Made by a program: the position numbers and the translations under genes. This document shows, in pieces, positions 1 through 13,059 of a stretch of DNA of 64,000 bases (position 1 is the stretch's first letter; the number at the start of each line of letters is the position of its first letter). This stretch comes from Rhina ancylostomus (lineage: Eukaryota): NCBI GenBank assembly GCA_030265395.1, contig JARFYF010000017.1, forward strand, positions 34,404,229 through 34,468,228. Direction: 5' to 3'. A model generated the notes under the pieces. That model made no database searches and was not told where the DNA came from. It saw only the letters and a program-made list of their open reading frames with translations.

Positions 1-1924
1 CAGAGGCACTGGTTGATAAGGCATAGGTGCTTTAATGAGAAGTCACATGGTGATGTCTGCTACAAGGGTTCACCCTCTCCAAACTCCTCACCCCACCCGC
101 CATCAAAACTGTCAAAACTAGAAAGCCATTAACAAATCTTGATAAATTACACCATATATAATTTTAATGCTGATTAATTTCAAATTACACAAACTACTTT
201 TGCATAACATTATATTTCTTTGTCAAATTCATATACAAAGAAAGATGCTCCAGGCATCATTTCATGCAGATAAATTAACACAGAGAAATAATGATACTAT
301 TATATTTAACCATTTAACTGCTAAAAGTCTATTTTCTTACTATTAATTTTCCTATACATGTATTTTATGACATTTTAAATATGCTGCAAATATTGTGCCG
401 TGTGACCCAATATTCTAGATTTGCAAGGAAAATATTTAAATAATATGTTATGAAACATATTAGTGCATTATGTATGGTGGCTTTGCAAATTAAGTTTGGA
501 ATTTCACTCTTGCATCAGTATGTTATTTTGAGTTGCCTTACACGTTAGACTTAAAATATATGTCAGGAAGATGGAGTCATCTTTGAAAAAGTAATTAACT
601 AGACAATTTCTTTTATTTTACCATTGAAGTGCTCAATTAAGCTTAATGCTGGCAGTATTCCCCATTGTGTAAAAGTGAGCTGTAGATTTCCAATGTGCTT
701 AAATGACAGTTTAGCCTGTTCCTTATCGGTAACCTGAAGGTCATTTTTGTATCATTTCACCATCTGGATTTTTCGCTTTTTTAATGATCTGCTGCACTTT
801 TGTTTTTTGCTTTCCTGATGCTACGCTGACAAGTAGGATGGGGAAAAAGAACTTATTATGAAACTTGAAGCTTACATGACTGTGAGAAGATGGGCGTGAA
901 TAAATCTTCAATTTCATTCCCATAGTGCATTAGCATCTTCCCCCAGTAATCCCTGATGTTTGCTTTGGCATCTGCGAGAGTAAAAGTGCAAGGAAAAAAG
1001 CTACAATTAGCAATATGTAATGGGGATCTTTTAAAAAAAAACTTTTCCATTGCCACCCCAAATTTTCCACTGCATTAATAATCAGATGCTGGGATCATCC
1101 CTTCCAAACCACATAAATCTGAGGCAACTTATGCTATTGCCTGGCCTTTTGGCAGAGGGTCTGATAAATGTGAACAGAAGTTATCAATTTGCTGAATTTA
1201 TTCAGGTCTTTCTGAAGTATTTGATTCGGATCCCATTCAATATAATGAAATGTTTCATCTACTTCACAAATTTAGCTAGGATCTGAAATGCTGCAGTAAT
1301 TCTAAATATATTATAAGCCCGGCCTTAACAGTAGTAAACGTAGAAACTATGTTTTGAAGTTGCAGCATTAATACAGCTAATGCATAAAGTTACTGAAGTT
1401 TACTGCTAGAGCAAATGATCTGTTGGGTTTATGCCAGAAAAAAGAGACAGAAAGCTAATTAAAGCATGAGGAGGGTTCAGTACTTTAATTAGCAGAATGT
1501 CTCCTATTCCAATATAAAATCTGTGGATCTTTCTCAGCCCAAATATGGTTCAAGAAGAGCCATTTTAAAATTGATTAACATACCTAGAAAATGTATTGCC
1601 TTATTTATGGTGCACTGCACTGAAATGTGATTTAGCATTAAGCACTAGTGCCAAATCAGGTCCCTCTAAATACAGCAAAATTCATTAAAAAGATGTTAGA
1701 AACAGCACTAGTGTGGTTTACGTCTAAAAACAGGACCTGTGCATTTCCTGATGGGACCACACTTAATTCGGTGTAACTGCTGGCACCTTTAAATCTACCC
1801 TTCGCAGAAGAGCACCTCCCCTTAAAGTTAAAGTTAAAATCATTCATTGAACTGTTATATTCAGCACAAATGGATTGGTAGAGGAGGATGTGTGGAGATT
1901 TTGTTTACTATCTTTGGTCACTTT

Positions 1925-2590
1925 CAGTATCTGGATGTTGCTAGCAAGGCCAGAATTTATTGTCCATCCCTTATTGTCCTTGAGAAGGTGATAATGAGTT
2001 ATCTTCTTTAATCACTGCAGTTCATAGAGTCATAGAGTCCTTGAGTTATACAGCACGGAAACAGGCCCTTCAGCCAACTCACCCATGCCGGCCTAACTGC
2101 CTTCCTGAACTAGTCCCATTTGCCTGCATTTGGCTCATATCCCCCTACCTGTCCAAATGTCTTTTAAATGCTGTAATTGTAGCTGCCTCTACCGCTTCCT
2201 CTGGCAGCACATTCCATATACCCACCACCTTCCATGTGATAAACTTACCCCACATATCCCCTTTAAATCTTTCTAATTTCATCTTAAACCTATGCTCTCG
2301 AGGTTTTAGACTTCCCTACCCTGCAAAAGGTTTGAATGTCTGATGAAGTTACACCCATAATAATGTTGGGGAGGAAGTTCTAGGATTTAAACCTAGTGAC
2401 GATGAAGAGCCAACAATATATTTCCAAATCAGAATAAAGTGTGACTTGGAGGAGAACCTGCAGTGGTGGTGTTTCCATGAGCTTGTTGACCTTGTCCTTG
2501 GTGGTTGAGGTTGCAGATTTGTGAATTGCCTGAGCATGTAATTGCAGTGCATTTTTTAGATGGTCATGATGCCATGTGTTCCTCACTGAA
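1925..2590 (-). mobile_element. LINE-A (CR1/L2-superclade non-LTR retrotransposon) 3' fragment, split by a CR1 insertion
   Basis: Minus-strand 3' end reads ...CTTCTCAAGGACAATAAGGGATGGACAATAAATTCTGGCCTTGCTAGCAACATCCAG. ORFs 2349-2552 and 2380-2586 give frameshifted C-terminal RT remnants. The same tail recurs at 26.5, 33.0 and 39.6 kb. Confidence 0.75.
2023..2330 (-). mobile_element. CR1 LINE 3' fragment (5'-truncated)
   Basis: CATAGAGT repeat tail followed by CAGCACGGAAACAGGCCCTT. Minus strand encodes a CR1 ORF2 C-terminus (WNVLPEEAVEA..., AFKRHLDR). Near-identical opening at 40275. Confidence 0.9.
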
Positions 2591-2599
2591 ATCAGAGGT

Positions 2600-2895
2600 G
2601 GAAATTATTTCTTTTCAAGTAAACTGCTTCAGTAACTCTTGTGAAGCTGCGGTGAGCAGCCAAATGGGAGATGTGACAGAGATTTGCTGTGGCTGTTAGT
2701 AAAGATCCTGTGGCAAGCAAATTGAGAATCAACGCAACCTTAACCTGCAGGCATGAGAGTGTGGATCAAGGTCTTTCCACAGTATGTCACATATTTCAGT
2801 GATGGCAGTCTTGGAAAACCTGAGCCTGTGAATACTTTGTTCATCAGAGAGGTCCAGATGTGGTGTGGAGTATCTGAAGACTCCGTGGCAGGAGG
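2600..2895 (-). pseudogene. PIF/Harbinger DDE transposase N-terminal relic (HARBI1-like family)
   Basis: Translates VFRYSTPHLDLSDEQSIHRLRFSKTAITEICDILWKDLDP, then after a frameshift VKVALILNLLATGSLLTATANLCHISHLAAHRSFTRVTEAVYLKRNNF. This matches the Harbinger pattern DLSxEQCxRRLRFSK...VKVTVALNFxATGSFQ...ISQxAAHRCIxxVT. Confidence 0.85.
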
Positions 2896-5800
2896 CTCTT
2901 TGCAGATGGGCACATGCTCGTGATCCAGGGATCCACACTGAATGGTCAGCCATTTCCCACAACAATGCCTCCACTAATGGAGTGCTGCCTACAGTGTCAC
3001 TACTGAAGCACCAACTGAACGAATATCTCAACGGCTAAATGCAAAACACTTCCAGTTATTCTGATCACATTCTGTGAACTTTCAGCAGTCAAAAGTTGTG
3101 AAGGTGCCCATCCTAATAACAGCAGAGTATCCTCATAACTAAGGATAAAAACATAATGAACACAATTTGGTTCTATGATGGTCATAGTGTGGAGTTTTAA
3201 GTACTAACATGTCATTACGAGTGGAAGTGGATGTTGCATGAATAGTGGCTGACTCACACTGTGAAAATGGTCAAGTCCACTGATGTGGATCGCAGCTGGT
3301 CCAATGTCACAATTGACAAAAGTTCCCCTGGAAATGATTGTCAGCACCATTTACTCCAGGTAGAATTGAAAATATATGTCTGGCGCCATGTCACATGAGC
3401 CAATTTCAAGACATTATTTTGCTTATGGTTCTTCCCTATATTTTAGGTTTTAGAAACCTTGATATTATTTGTTGGGATATGGATATGATAATTTTCACAT
3501 AAAGCAGGTAGTGAATCAACGGATTGGTGAAGAACAATGATGGGTTTTTCATCCATGACTTGCTGGCTTTAGGGTCAGCCCAAGTCTTAAAATGGGCACA
3601 ATGGAAAGCAACAGGCAAAATATGACAAACTTGGAAAAGTCATTCACGATAAAGCATACCTTCTGTATGTGGGGGAAAGGCAATAAAAATGCTTCCTGAA
3701 TTTTCTTAACCTAATGAAGGAGCATCAAAATTCAAGCAGCTGGTGCACACAGTTGAAAGTTGTCAGCGGCAGATTAAAGAGGGATTGCGGGTGATGCATC
3801 TGCCCGACCCAGCCCTATTCCCCACAGGTAGTCCTAAAATGATTCCTGTTGGCCTCCCTGAAAATCTTTCTGTGCCCATGGAAATCGATGCATTCAATTC
3901 TCAGCATGAGCTTTCTTCGAAATGAGGTGCCAGGGGGTGTCTAGAGCAGTGCCCCAGCATGGGTTGACATCTTCAGAAGGAGGTTGAGGGAGTGTGTGTA
4001 TTAGCAACTATAATGTAAGTTCATTGCCAACAATAAGGAGTATTTCACCTTCTTTGTTATCATTACACCAGTAACTGTAAGTTATGTATATTCTTTCCTT
4101 CTAAATTAAATCAACAATGTACATTTCTTCTCCATGAAACATTCATATTCACAGTTACAAAAATTAATTTTATTTTAGATTTTAATTTGCTTGTTTGATG
4201 AGATGAAATGGTATGGCTTAGATCAGCATTGACAGAATTAACAGTGTGATATTTTGATATCAGGGTCAATTGTTGGTCAGGTATTATCAGTTTTTCTGAT
4301 ATTTTACCACACTATTTATGAATTTTAAAAAATCATTATTAAAATATTATTTAAACATCATAAATAAAACTGGATTTTGAAAAATCCAACAAAGAACGGT
4401 TACGTTCATCTCCTTAAATGTTTGATGTAAAGACATGAAAGTAATTTATCAGTTGTAAGATTCATTAATTTCTCATTGTGAAACTATTACCCTGGACCTC
4501 TAAGCCCTGGGCTTTCTGAATACTTTGGAACAAAAGATGAAAACCTCACTTTTAAATTAGCAACAGTAGATGTAATCAACAATGTTTATGAGGATTAAAA
4601 TTTTAAAATGAAGGATGAAATTTCAAAAACATTGAAGAAGTACTGTGGCATGTACAGCATCTGGAGAGCTAGGAAATGAAGCAGATTTTCCAAAGAGACA
4701 ATAATACTCTTTTAAATTTATATCTGGTCATGTACTTTTGTCACTGAACAATATGGTGTGATATCATGAATTTGAAATCTTTGTAAATGGAGCACATCCT
4801 GAAGCAGCACCTAAAGTTGGGTATCAAAGAGGAGATGGATATGTGTACATTTTTAAGGTCATTGTTAAGATTTGCTTTGATAATGGATCAGAATCACTGC
4901 ATTGTTGAATGTTAAATCCCTGCAATAAGTTAAAAAACCCCATCACCAACTCATTTTTTTCAAGATCAATGAGAGGAAAAGCACTTACCTGGCCTTGGAG
5001 TAATTAGGCATTCAGAATATTTTAATATAATTCACAGAATTGTAAAAATACAGCTAAATGTAGAACCATGCCCCTGAGAAAGAACCAGGAAAGGGATGGG
5101 TGCAGGTGAACTCCTTGTTTCTAAGTGATTCTGGGCCATGTGAACTCCTACTGCAGAAAGCCCAGATTCAGGCCTCCATTTGGGATGATTGTTTTGTGAT
5201 AAAAATAATTCTGTTTATAATTTGGATCAGTATGTCCTTTACTTAGGAGGAAGGGAATATCTAGGAGAGGCTGCTTTGAATCTCTCTGTCACATCCAATG
5301 TGCAATAAAGTAAGTTTCACTGTTTCCTTTCAACAGATCTGCCCATTCCTTTACTTTCTCTCTCAATGTTGTACGCATGTATACTTTAATAGTGAAGTAC
5401 GAAGAATGCTTCATTGTAGTATATCATCAGACCTGGACCAACCCCCGAGCCTTGCATGTGAGTTTGCAGCCACCAGCCTGCCCAAGCCTAAATCTGCAGC
5501 ATCCATCAGCCATTTAATGCACTCAGCAGGCATTTGCTGAGATTTCAATCTACGGTCTGAAAATTCTTTCTTAAAATGCTTAACATATTTATATGAGCTA
5601 CTTTGTCCAATACTTTCACAGAAGCATTATCCCATTTTGGTTTAATTCCTTTCAATAAAAGAAGAAATAAAAGTGGAAGGAATTTCACACAACTGTATTA
5701 TATATCAGAGAAAATTATTTGGATCCTCGAGCATTTAGTCTGACTGTACTTGAGAAAAAAATTTAAGACTGCATTAATGTACTTAGTGAACAAAATTTGT

Positions 5801-6384
5801 TCAACACGCTGTTCACTTATGCGGTTATCAAGCAAGCAGTGGAAAATAGGAACTTGCACTACACTTTTAAAGAGGTTCGTGCCACAGGCTGAGTCACCCA
5901 CAACATACTTAGGAATATATGAGAGGTTATACTTTGGCTATTCCTACCAAAGCTGACTGTGGACTTTAAATTCTGTGGACTAACACCTCAAACAGGTAGG
6001 ATATGGTCACATCCATACTTGTTGACAATGGTGTGTATGTTGCTAAACATGTCACCATTGACTTCAATAGGTTCACAGGGTCAGTTACTTCACCCTGAGT
6101 GGTACACTTCTGGTCACACTCGGTAAACTCCCTCCGTCCTTGAACAGGGATACCGAGACAGGTTATGGTGGTCTGAAAACAGTCTGGTTTGAATCCAACA
6201 TCTGCTGTGCTGAAGTTGGTGTGGTGTGCAGGGGGAAGGGGCTTTCTTCTCCTTTACCTCCTCCTAACCTTACTAGAGTCAAAGACCATCCCCTCACCTT
6301 GAAGTCCTGAGTAATGGCAGGTTTTCTTCTGCACCTTCTCCTTCAGAACATCTATATCACATACGGTACTGCAGTATTATATCT

Positions 6385-7105
6385 CAAGAACAAGAACAGA
6401 AGAAAATAGGAGCAGGAGTCAGCCACCAGGCCCCTCGAGCCTGTCCTGTCATATAATATGATCATGGCTGATCTATACTGGCCTCAACTGCTCTTCTGTG
6501 TCAGTTCCCCATACCTATCAATTCCTCGATCTCTCAAATACTTGCCTGTCTTCACATTAAGATATCTAAGGATTTGGCTTCCACCACACTCAACGGCAGA
6601 ATATTCCAGAGATTCACTATCCTCTGAGAGAAGAAATGACCAGTCACTTATTTTGTAGCTATGTCCCTTGACTTGTGGCTCTCCCAAATAGAGGAAACAT
6701 CTCACATCTATCATGTCAGGCCCCCACAGGATCTTATGTGCTTGAATAAGGTCACCCCTCATTCTCCTACTCTCCAAGGAATACAGGACCAAACTAGTCT
6801 CTCTTGACAGAACCACCATCTCTTTCCTTGAACTAGCCTGGTAAATCTCCTTTGGACTATCTCCATTGCTAATATATCCTTTCTTAAGTAGGAAGATCCA
6901 AAACTGTGCACAATATTCCAGTTGTGGCCTCATCAACACCCTGTATAACTGTAAGAAAACCTCTCTATTCTTATTGTTAACTCCACCCCCTTTGCAATAG
7001 AGGCTAACATACTGTTGGCCTTCTTAACTATCTGTTGGATCTGTCGGCTAACTTTTTGTGATTCATTCACCAGAACACCTAGATCACTTCTATATTAGCA
7101 GTACC
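6385..7105 (-). mobile_element. CR1 LINE 3' fragment (subfamily with AGAAATAGGAGCAGGAG-type tail)
   Basis: ORF 6484-6939 RPQLEYCAQFW...YSLESRRMRGDLIQAHKIL is the CR1 RT C-terminal region. The tail lies at 6385-6480. Confidence 0.9.
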
Positions 7106-7564
7106 TTTTCCTCTTTCAACCAAAGTAGTGCAATATTATGAAGGCAATGTTGCTTTCCTTTTCTTTCCTTGCAGTTTTGTGAGTAAGTGTAACCAGTGGC
7201 TGTTATATCAATCCTTAATGTACATCATGCCGTGCCATGTACGAAGGCAGTGATTTCAGTGTTAGTAGTCATATTACATAGGATATGAGTCTGCACAAGA
7301 ATAACAGGTAATGTTTACTGAAGACATTGGTATATAAATACTTTAGAGGAACTAACAAACAAGAGGTGTATTGAAAATGTTAGGACAGCTACATGGAAAA
7401 TAAAAGGGACTGAGGTTTTTTTATTAAACTCCTCATTCAACCAATGTTGAGTAGTAACCAATTAAGCTGTAAAATATTAAATTAAATAGCCAGCATAGCA
7501 GAAAATAGATGAAAATGTCCAAACTGTACAGGGCACCTTAAACTCTTAAATTCACACAGAAACA

Positions 7565-7970
7565 TTCAAGCATTGGAGCAATACAGAGGAGAGCCAAAAG
7601 GCTGATATATTGTGACAGGGTATAAGTTACCAAAGATTAAGGAAATGTAGAATCTAAGCCCAAAAAGGAGGAGACTGAGCGGTAACTTTAGGGAAGTATC
7701 TTAGAAATAGCAGTATGGAAGAGGTTAAGGTTTAAAAACTAAATTTGATTGCATGAGCCTGACACGTGTTCATACCAGAAAAGGATAAACACAAAACTTT
7801 CAGTGAGTTTGTCACGTGAGTGAGAAATACTTGGAATGGACTTCCAAGCAGAGCAATGAAGGCAAAAAACTTGGTTTCATATAAGAACACATTAAATGCT
7901 AAAATGGGGAACATTTCCAGGTCTTTCTTCATCCATAATGAATTCAATGAATTATATGGCTGGTGTGTTA
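7565..7970 (+). mobile_element. Ancient, highly decayed CR1 3' fragment
   Basis: Remnants of the IQRRAKRLI, RRLSGN and VRNTWNGLPSRAMKAKNLVSYKNTLNA motifs of the CR1 ORF2 C-terminus. Confidence 0.6.
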
Positions 7971-8524
7971 TCTTTACATGGAACTGAAGAGCATTTATGA
8001 AGATAAAATCTTCTTTGTTAGATTTTTCATATTCAGCTATATTAATAATGAATGGAATATAAAATCTCATAAGTCGAACATAAACAGTTCAAAAAATAGA
8101 TAACTTTGACATTCAGAAATCACGGTGCTGTTTATTCATTGATATTCACCTAAACTGTGCTATTTTATTTAATTAAACAAATAAAATAAATATCAAATCA
8201 AATTAGTTCCTGTAACTGTGATTCAGTGATTATTTCATGAAGAACAAAAATAGAAGTTCATATGAAAACAATTTCAAATTGACAATTGGTTCCAGACACA
8301 AGAGTGAACAAATGAATGGTATGTGGAATTTTCACTTCATAACTGAGCCTCTGAGGTTCGTATATTTACAAACCAGTGCTAACCATTAAGTTCCAAACCT
8401 ACCTGGCTGCCATTTCCTTTCCTTTATACAGCTGAAGACTGAATACAAGCCTAATTATTATTGTTGTTGAGATTATCAGGCAAATACTCCATGTATTGGA
8501 GTAACATCCCATTTTTCACCAATT

Positions 8525-9598
8525 TAGAAACAGCATTAGGCTGGTGAGCCTTATGTCAGTGGTCAGAAAATTATTGGAGACAATCCGAAAGGATAGGATT
8601 TATGTACATTTGGAAAGGCAGGGATTGTCAGCATGGTTTTATGTGGAGGAAATCTGCCCCACTAATTTGATTGAGTTTGTTTAGGAGATAAATAAGAAGA
8701 TTGATGAAGGCAGGGCAGTGGATGTTGTCCATATGGACTTTAGTAAGGCATTTGACAAGTTCCCAAATGTTAATGAACAGAGGTACCTTGGTCCATAGTT
8801 CCCTGAAAGCGGAAAAACGGGTAAAGAGGGTGGGGAAGAAGGCACATAGCATGTATGTTTTCATAGGTCATGACATAGAATATAAAAGTTGGGACATTAT
8901 GTTATAACTTTAAGGTAACATAAGATATCTTTATTAGTCACATGTAAATTGAAACACACAATGAAATACATCTTCTTGCATAGTGTTCTGGGGGCAGCCC
9001 ACAAGCGTCACCATGCTTCTGGCGCCAACGTAGCATGTTTATCAAACACTGGCCAGACTGCACTTGAAGTTGTGGTAGCTACACTACAGGAAGGAAGTGA
9101 CTATGCTGGAGAGAGCACGGAGGAGATTTACCAGGACGTTACATGGATTGGGAGACTTTAGTTATGGGGAGAGATTGGACAGGCTGAGTTTATGACTCCT
9201 GGAGTGAAGGAGGCTGAGGGGTGATCTGATAGAGATATATAAAATTATAAGAGGCAGAGGTATGGGAGATGGAATCTTTTTCCCATAGTAGAGATATCAA
9301 AGACAAGATGGCATGGGTTTAAGGTGAAAAGAACAAGTCTTAATGGGGATTTGAGGGAATAGTTTTGTTTTTACACAGAAAGTGGTCGACATCTGGAACT
9401 CACTGCCAGAGGAGATGGTGGAGTCAGATACAAGCACCACATTTAAGAAACATTTAGACAGGTATTTACATAGGCAAGGTAGAGAAGGACCTAGTGCAGG
9501 CAAATGGGGTTTGTGTAGATGGGCAGAAAGGTTAGCATGGATGTGGTGGGCCGAAGGGCACATTTCTATGCTATGCAACTCTATGAGTCTATGACTAT
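8525..9598 (+). mobile_element. CR1 LINE fragment with internal deletion and a nested SINE
   Basis: RT motifs IDEGRAVDVVHMDFSKAFDK (about 8700-8760) and IWNSLPEEMVESDTSTTFKKHLDRY. Ends in a CTATGAGTCTATGACTAT tail. Confidence 0.9.
8912..9037 (-). mobile_element. 3' part of V-SINE type 1 inserted in CR1
   Basis: Near-identical to 25130-25252 and 48461-48550 (TAAGAT..CTTTATTAGTCACATGTA...GTGTTCTGGGGGCAG). Interrupts the CR1 reading frame. Confidence 0.85.
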
Positions 9599-9599
9599 T

Positions 9600-9775
9600 C
9601 TGAATACTCCTTTTCCACTTCGACCAGTCATGGGGTAGAGAGTCGCAGGAGTCAGTATTGATGCTGCACTTTTTCTAGGATGCTTTGAGCACGTCCTTGA
9701 ACTTTCCCTCTGTCTGCCTAGTCTACTCCTATGACGGAGTTCAGAGTAGAGTATCTATTTCAGAGCATTTCTATG
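9600..9775 (-). mobile_element. RTE-clade LINE fragment
   Basis: Minus translation LYSELRH..., KFKDVLKAS*KKCSINTDSCDSLPHDWSKWKRSI matches the RTE C-terminal pattern (LYSEL..GGQRKRFKD.LK..LK...W..LA.DR..WR). Confidence 0.8.
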
Positions 9776-12374
9776 ACATATTTTCTCTCTACACTTTATC
9801 TGCACTTCTACTTAAGATGGTCCACTTTGAGTTTCTCCTCTAATGGAGTTCATTCTAAACTTTTCCCTTCACACATTTCCATTTTCAAGCTTTTCTTTTC
9901 TCAGACATCCCTGTACCTATTCCTGATTCCAGCAGTGCTTTTAAGGGCAGTCACTGGATCCAATTCTTTAATTAGTCAGTATTTTCTGACATGCGATGGC
10001 TTAGTCCTAGCTCAGATCAAGAAAGTACAGGCAGATCACATCTTACAAAAACGATTGCTGAATTAGGAATCATTCTTGCTCTCTGTGAATTGTTAAGCCC
10101 AATAAGATCATTAATAAGCTTGCACAACAATATTATAAAGGACCAAAAACAAATCAACCTCTTTCCATAACAGGATACTATAACTAATAATTATGTAGAA
10201 AGTACTGTGAAATTATAATTTTAAAATTAGTTAGGAAATATTAATGCATTTATGTTTAGTCTTAAAATTACATTTTAACGTAAGTGATTTTGCATTAGCT
10301 TTATGCAAGGAATCAAAGCGCAAATCTTTTCACTTTTGTAAAAACCACTTCAAAGGAATGTTCCTTCTGATTGGATTTAAACTTCCCAACTGCAGTAAGT
10401 GTAACCAAAGAGCTACTAAGAGCACATTATTTTCAAGGTAAGAACAGATGTTTCTTAATCTACCGGCACCATACATTAGGGTATTCAGATTATTCCATGG
10501 TATGTTACTGTGAATAACTTACTTGCTCCATCATTATGTGGGTCATTAAAGACATAAACGAGCTTTTATGCTCTAGTTTCATACAGCTGTCAGTGGTCTG
10601 TGCTGCGATAAGTGTGTTTTTTAGCAAATGTCTTGCACTTCAAAAAATCAAAATAATTCTTATTGCAAAACACCCAGAGGATAAGGGCAGTTTTGTAATT
10701 GGGTTTACATTTTCTCTTGTTCACAGTTAATTACTGAAATCAAAACACGCAGTGAAGGCATATAACTTCTGCTAAGAATAAATCAACAAGGTGAGCTTGA
10801 GAATCAAAACAGACAGAGCCATACAATAAGGGCTGTGCTGTTCCATGGAGAAGTCATAAATGTATGATTTGGCAGATGTGAACTGCACATATCAGAGTCA
10901 CAAAGGTGTATGGAGGAGGGGTCTTTTAACCTCAGTAACAGGGCAGATTCCAGGCCAGTCTCGACCCACTCATTGTTGACTTCCTAAAGAAAACAGCCCT
11001 CGACAGCTGAGGAAAAGAATTATTAAGGGTGTTGGAATAGGAAATGTCCAAGGTTCCTGACATATTGTGATTGGCTCCAAGCAGAGGGAAGCAGCAAGGC
11101 AGAGTCAGCCCCAAAGGGTGCTGGCCTGTTCTGTTTTAACGTACACAACTACATCCTCATACAAGCAGATGGCAAAAAATAACTTTTGCGGAAACCTGCA
11201 ATGAACTTGTCTTGCTTTTACTCTGGGGACTATTAAGAAACTCAACCGAAGGGTAAGAGCATAGAATATTTTTTAAGCATCTGCACTTCAAATAGCTTCT
11301 AAATGATTCTGTCATCAACACAAAATGAGAAAAGTTACAATTTATATAACAAATTGGGTAATTAGGGGCTTGAGCNNNNNNNNNNNNNNNNNNNNNNNNN
11401 NNNNNNNNNNNNNNNNNNNNNNNNNNNNNNNNNNNNNNNNNNNNNNNNNNNNNNNNNNNNNNNNNNNNNNNNNNNGGTAATTAGGGGCTTGAGCGCAAAT
11501 TACAATTCTTCCTTAATACCTGAACAAACATTGTAACTGGACTCACTGGATTATAAGGAAATAGCCACTTTACTGAACCACATGCACCATTGGCAGGCAC
11601 TCCAGCAACTACACTGAAAATGGCAAGAGTCAAGATAAACTGAAATGTTTCACAAGGTTGTTGCAGCTTACAGCACAAAATATGCTGCAGATTTTAGTAT
11701 TTATTCTCTTGGCTAAGAGAACACAATAATCTCAGCATGAAAAATACTGTAGTTTGTCTCATTAAATGTGTACACAAAGAGGTTCTGTTTTTCAATCGGA
11801 AACAATCAAAAACTGCTGTAGAAAGTTAGTGCAAGTGACTCCCAAATTTCCACTTCCAATTTTTCTTACACGTGTTACACAATACAGGCAGAAATGACAA
11901 TTAAATATGGTAAAAAGAATGGCACACACAGACCTGAACCCTCCACAGTCATTTCAATGTTTGCCTCTGAGGGGAATGAATGTAAATAGCTCACCTTCAC
12001 CATTTCTCTTGTTTGAAAAATGACTGCTGAAACAGACTGTTCCTCAAAGGAGATTAATCTGTGTATAAAAAAAAGAAGCACAATTACATGTGAATATTTC
12101 CAATGCCATGTAATGTTAGAATGTTCATTATTATTTCTGTGGTGTTGGGGTAAAACTGTGCTTGAATGTATTTCTGCATTCTGATTAGCTGAGTTGTCTT
12201 ATCTCATAAATAAATGCATTATCTGCCAACTCAAAAGTGAGCCTCAATAAAGGGTCGTAGACCACCAGCACAAATGAACCCACTGTAATGTGTAACCCCA
12301 TGGTCTGTTGAATACTCTCTTTTCTGTTACAGCCAAGCCAGGATTGTATTAGGGTATGCTGGGAGCAATGCCAG

Positions 12375-13030
12375 GTATAGCTAAAAATGCAATGCCAATT
12401 GTTCAACCAGTTGGCGATTTTACAAACATCGCCATCCTCAATGATGGAAGGGCCCATTGTGTGACAAGGCTCCAGGTAAGGCTGACTTGCAGACACCTTC
12501 AGCCAGAAATGTCAAGTGGATGATCCATTCTTCCTTCTGAGTTCTTTGCTATTACACAGATTAGTCTTTAGTAATTCAGTTCACTCTACCTGATATCAAG
12601 AATCAATTGGGAGCACATGTTACCAAAAAGGTTATGAGACCAGACAACACCTTGGCTGTAGCGCAAGAGACTTAGGGTACAGAACTAGTTGATACATCTT
12701 GACTTCCTCCTGTGATCACCACCATCAGAGAAGCTGTCCCCAGCCAATTCAATTCACTTGACGTGATATCAAGAAATGGCCGAGAGCACTAGGTACAGCA
12801 AAGGCTTTAGGTCCTGACAACATCCTAGCTGTAGAACTGAATACCTGTGCTCCAGAACTAACTGTGCTCCAGTCAGGCTGTTCTAGCAGAGTAATAACAC
12901 TGGCATTTACCTGACGATGTGGAAAATTGCTCATGAAAAGCAAACAAATCCAATCAGACTAATCACCACCCAATGATTCAAATCTTAATCACCAGCAAAA
13001 TGATGGAAACTGTTGTCAACGATGCAGTTC
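12375..13030 (+). mobile_element. LINE-A ORF2 internal fragment(s), RT-proximal region, present as two adjacent diverged copies
   Basis: RDIKKWPRALGTAKALGPDNILAVELNTCAPEL...NTGIYLTMWKIA...SKMMETVVNDA. The segment TGATATCAAGAA..GAGCAC..GACAACA..GCTGTAG..AGAACTA occurs at about 12590-12690 and again at about 12775-12860. Confidence 0.75.
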
Positions 13031-13059
13031 TTGACAATAATACTCACATTCCAAAAAGT

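Noticed and set aside
11357-11494. Exact 19-bp direct repeat GGTAATTAGGGGCTTGAGC on both sides of a 100-N gap
   Set aside because: Typical unmerged contig overlap in scaffolding. It is not evidence of a TSD or biological repeat.
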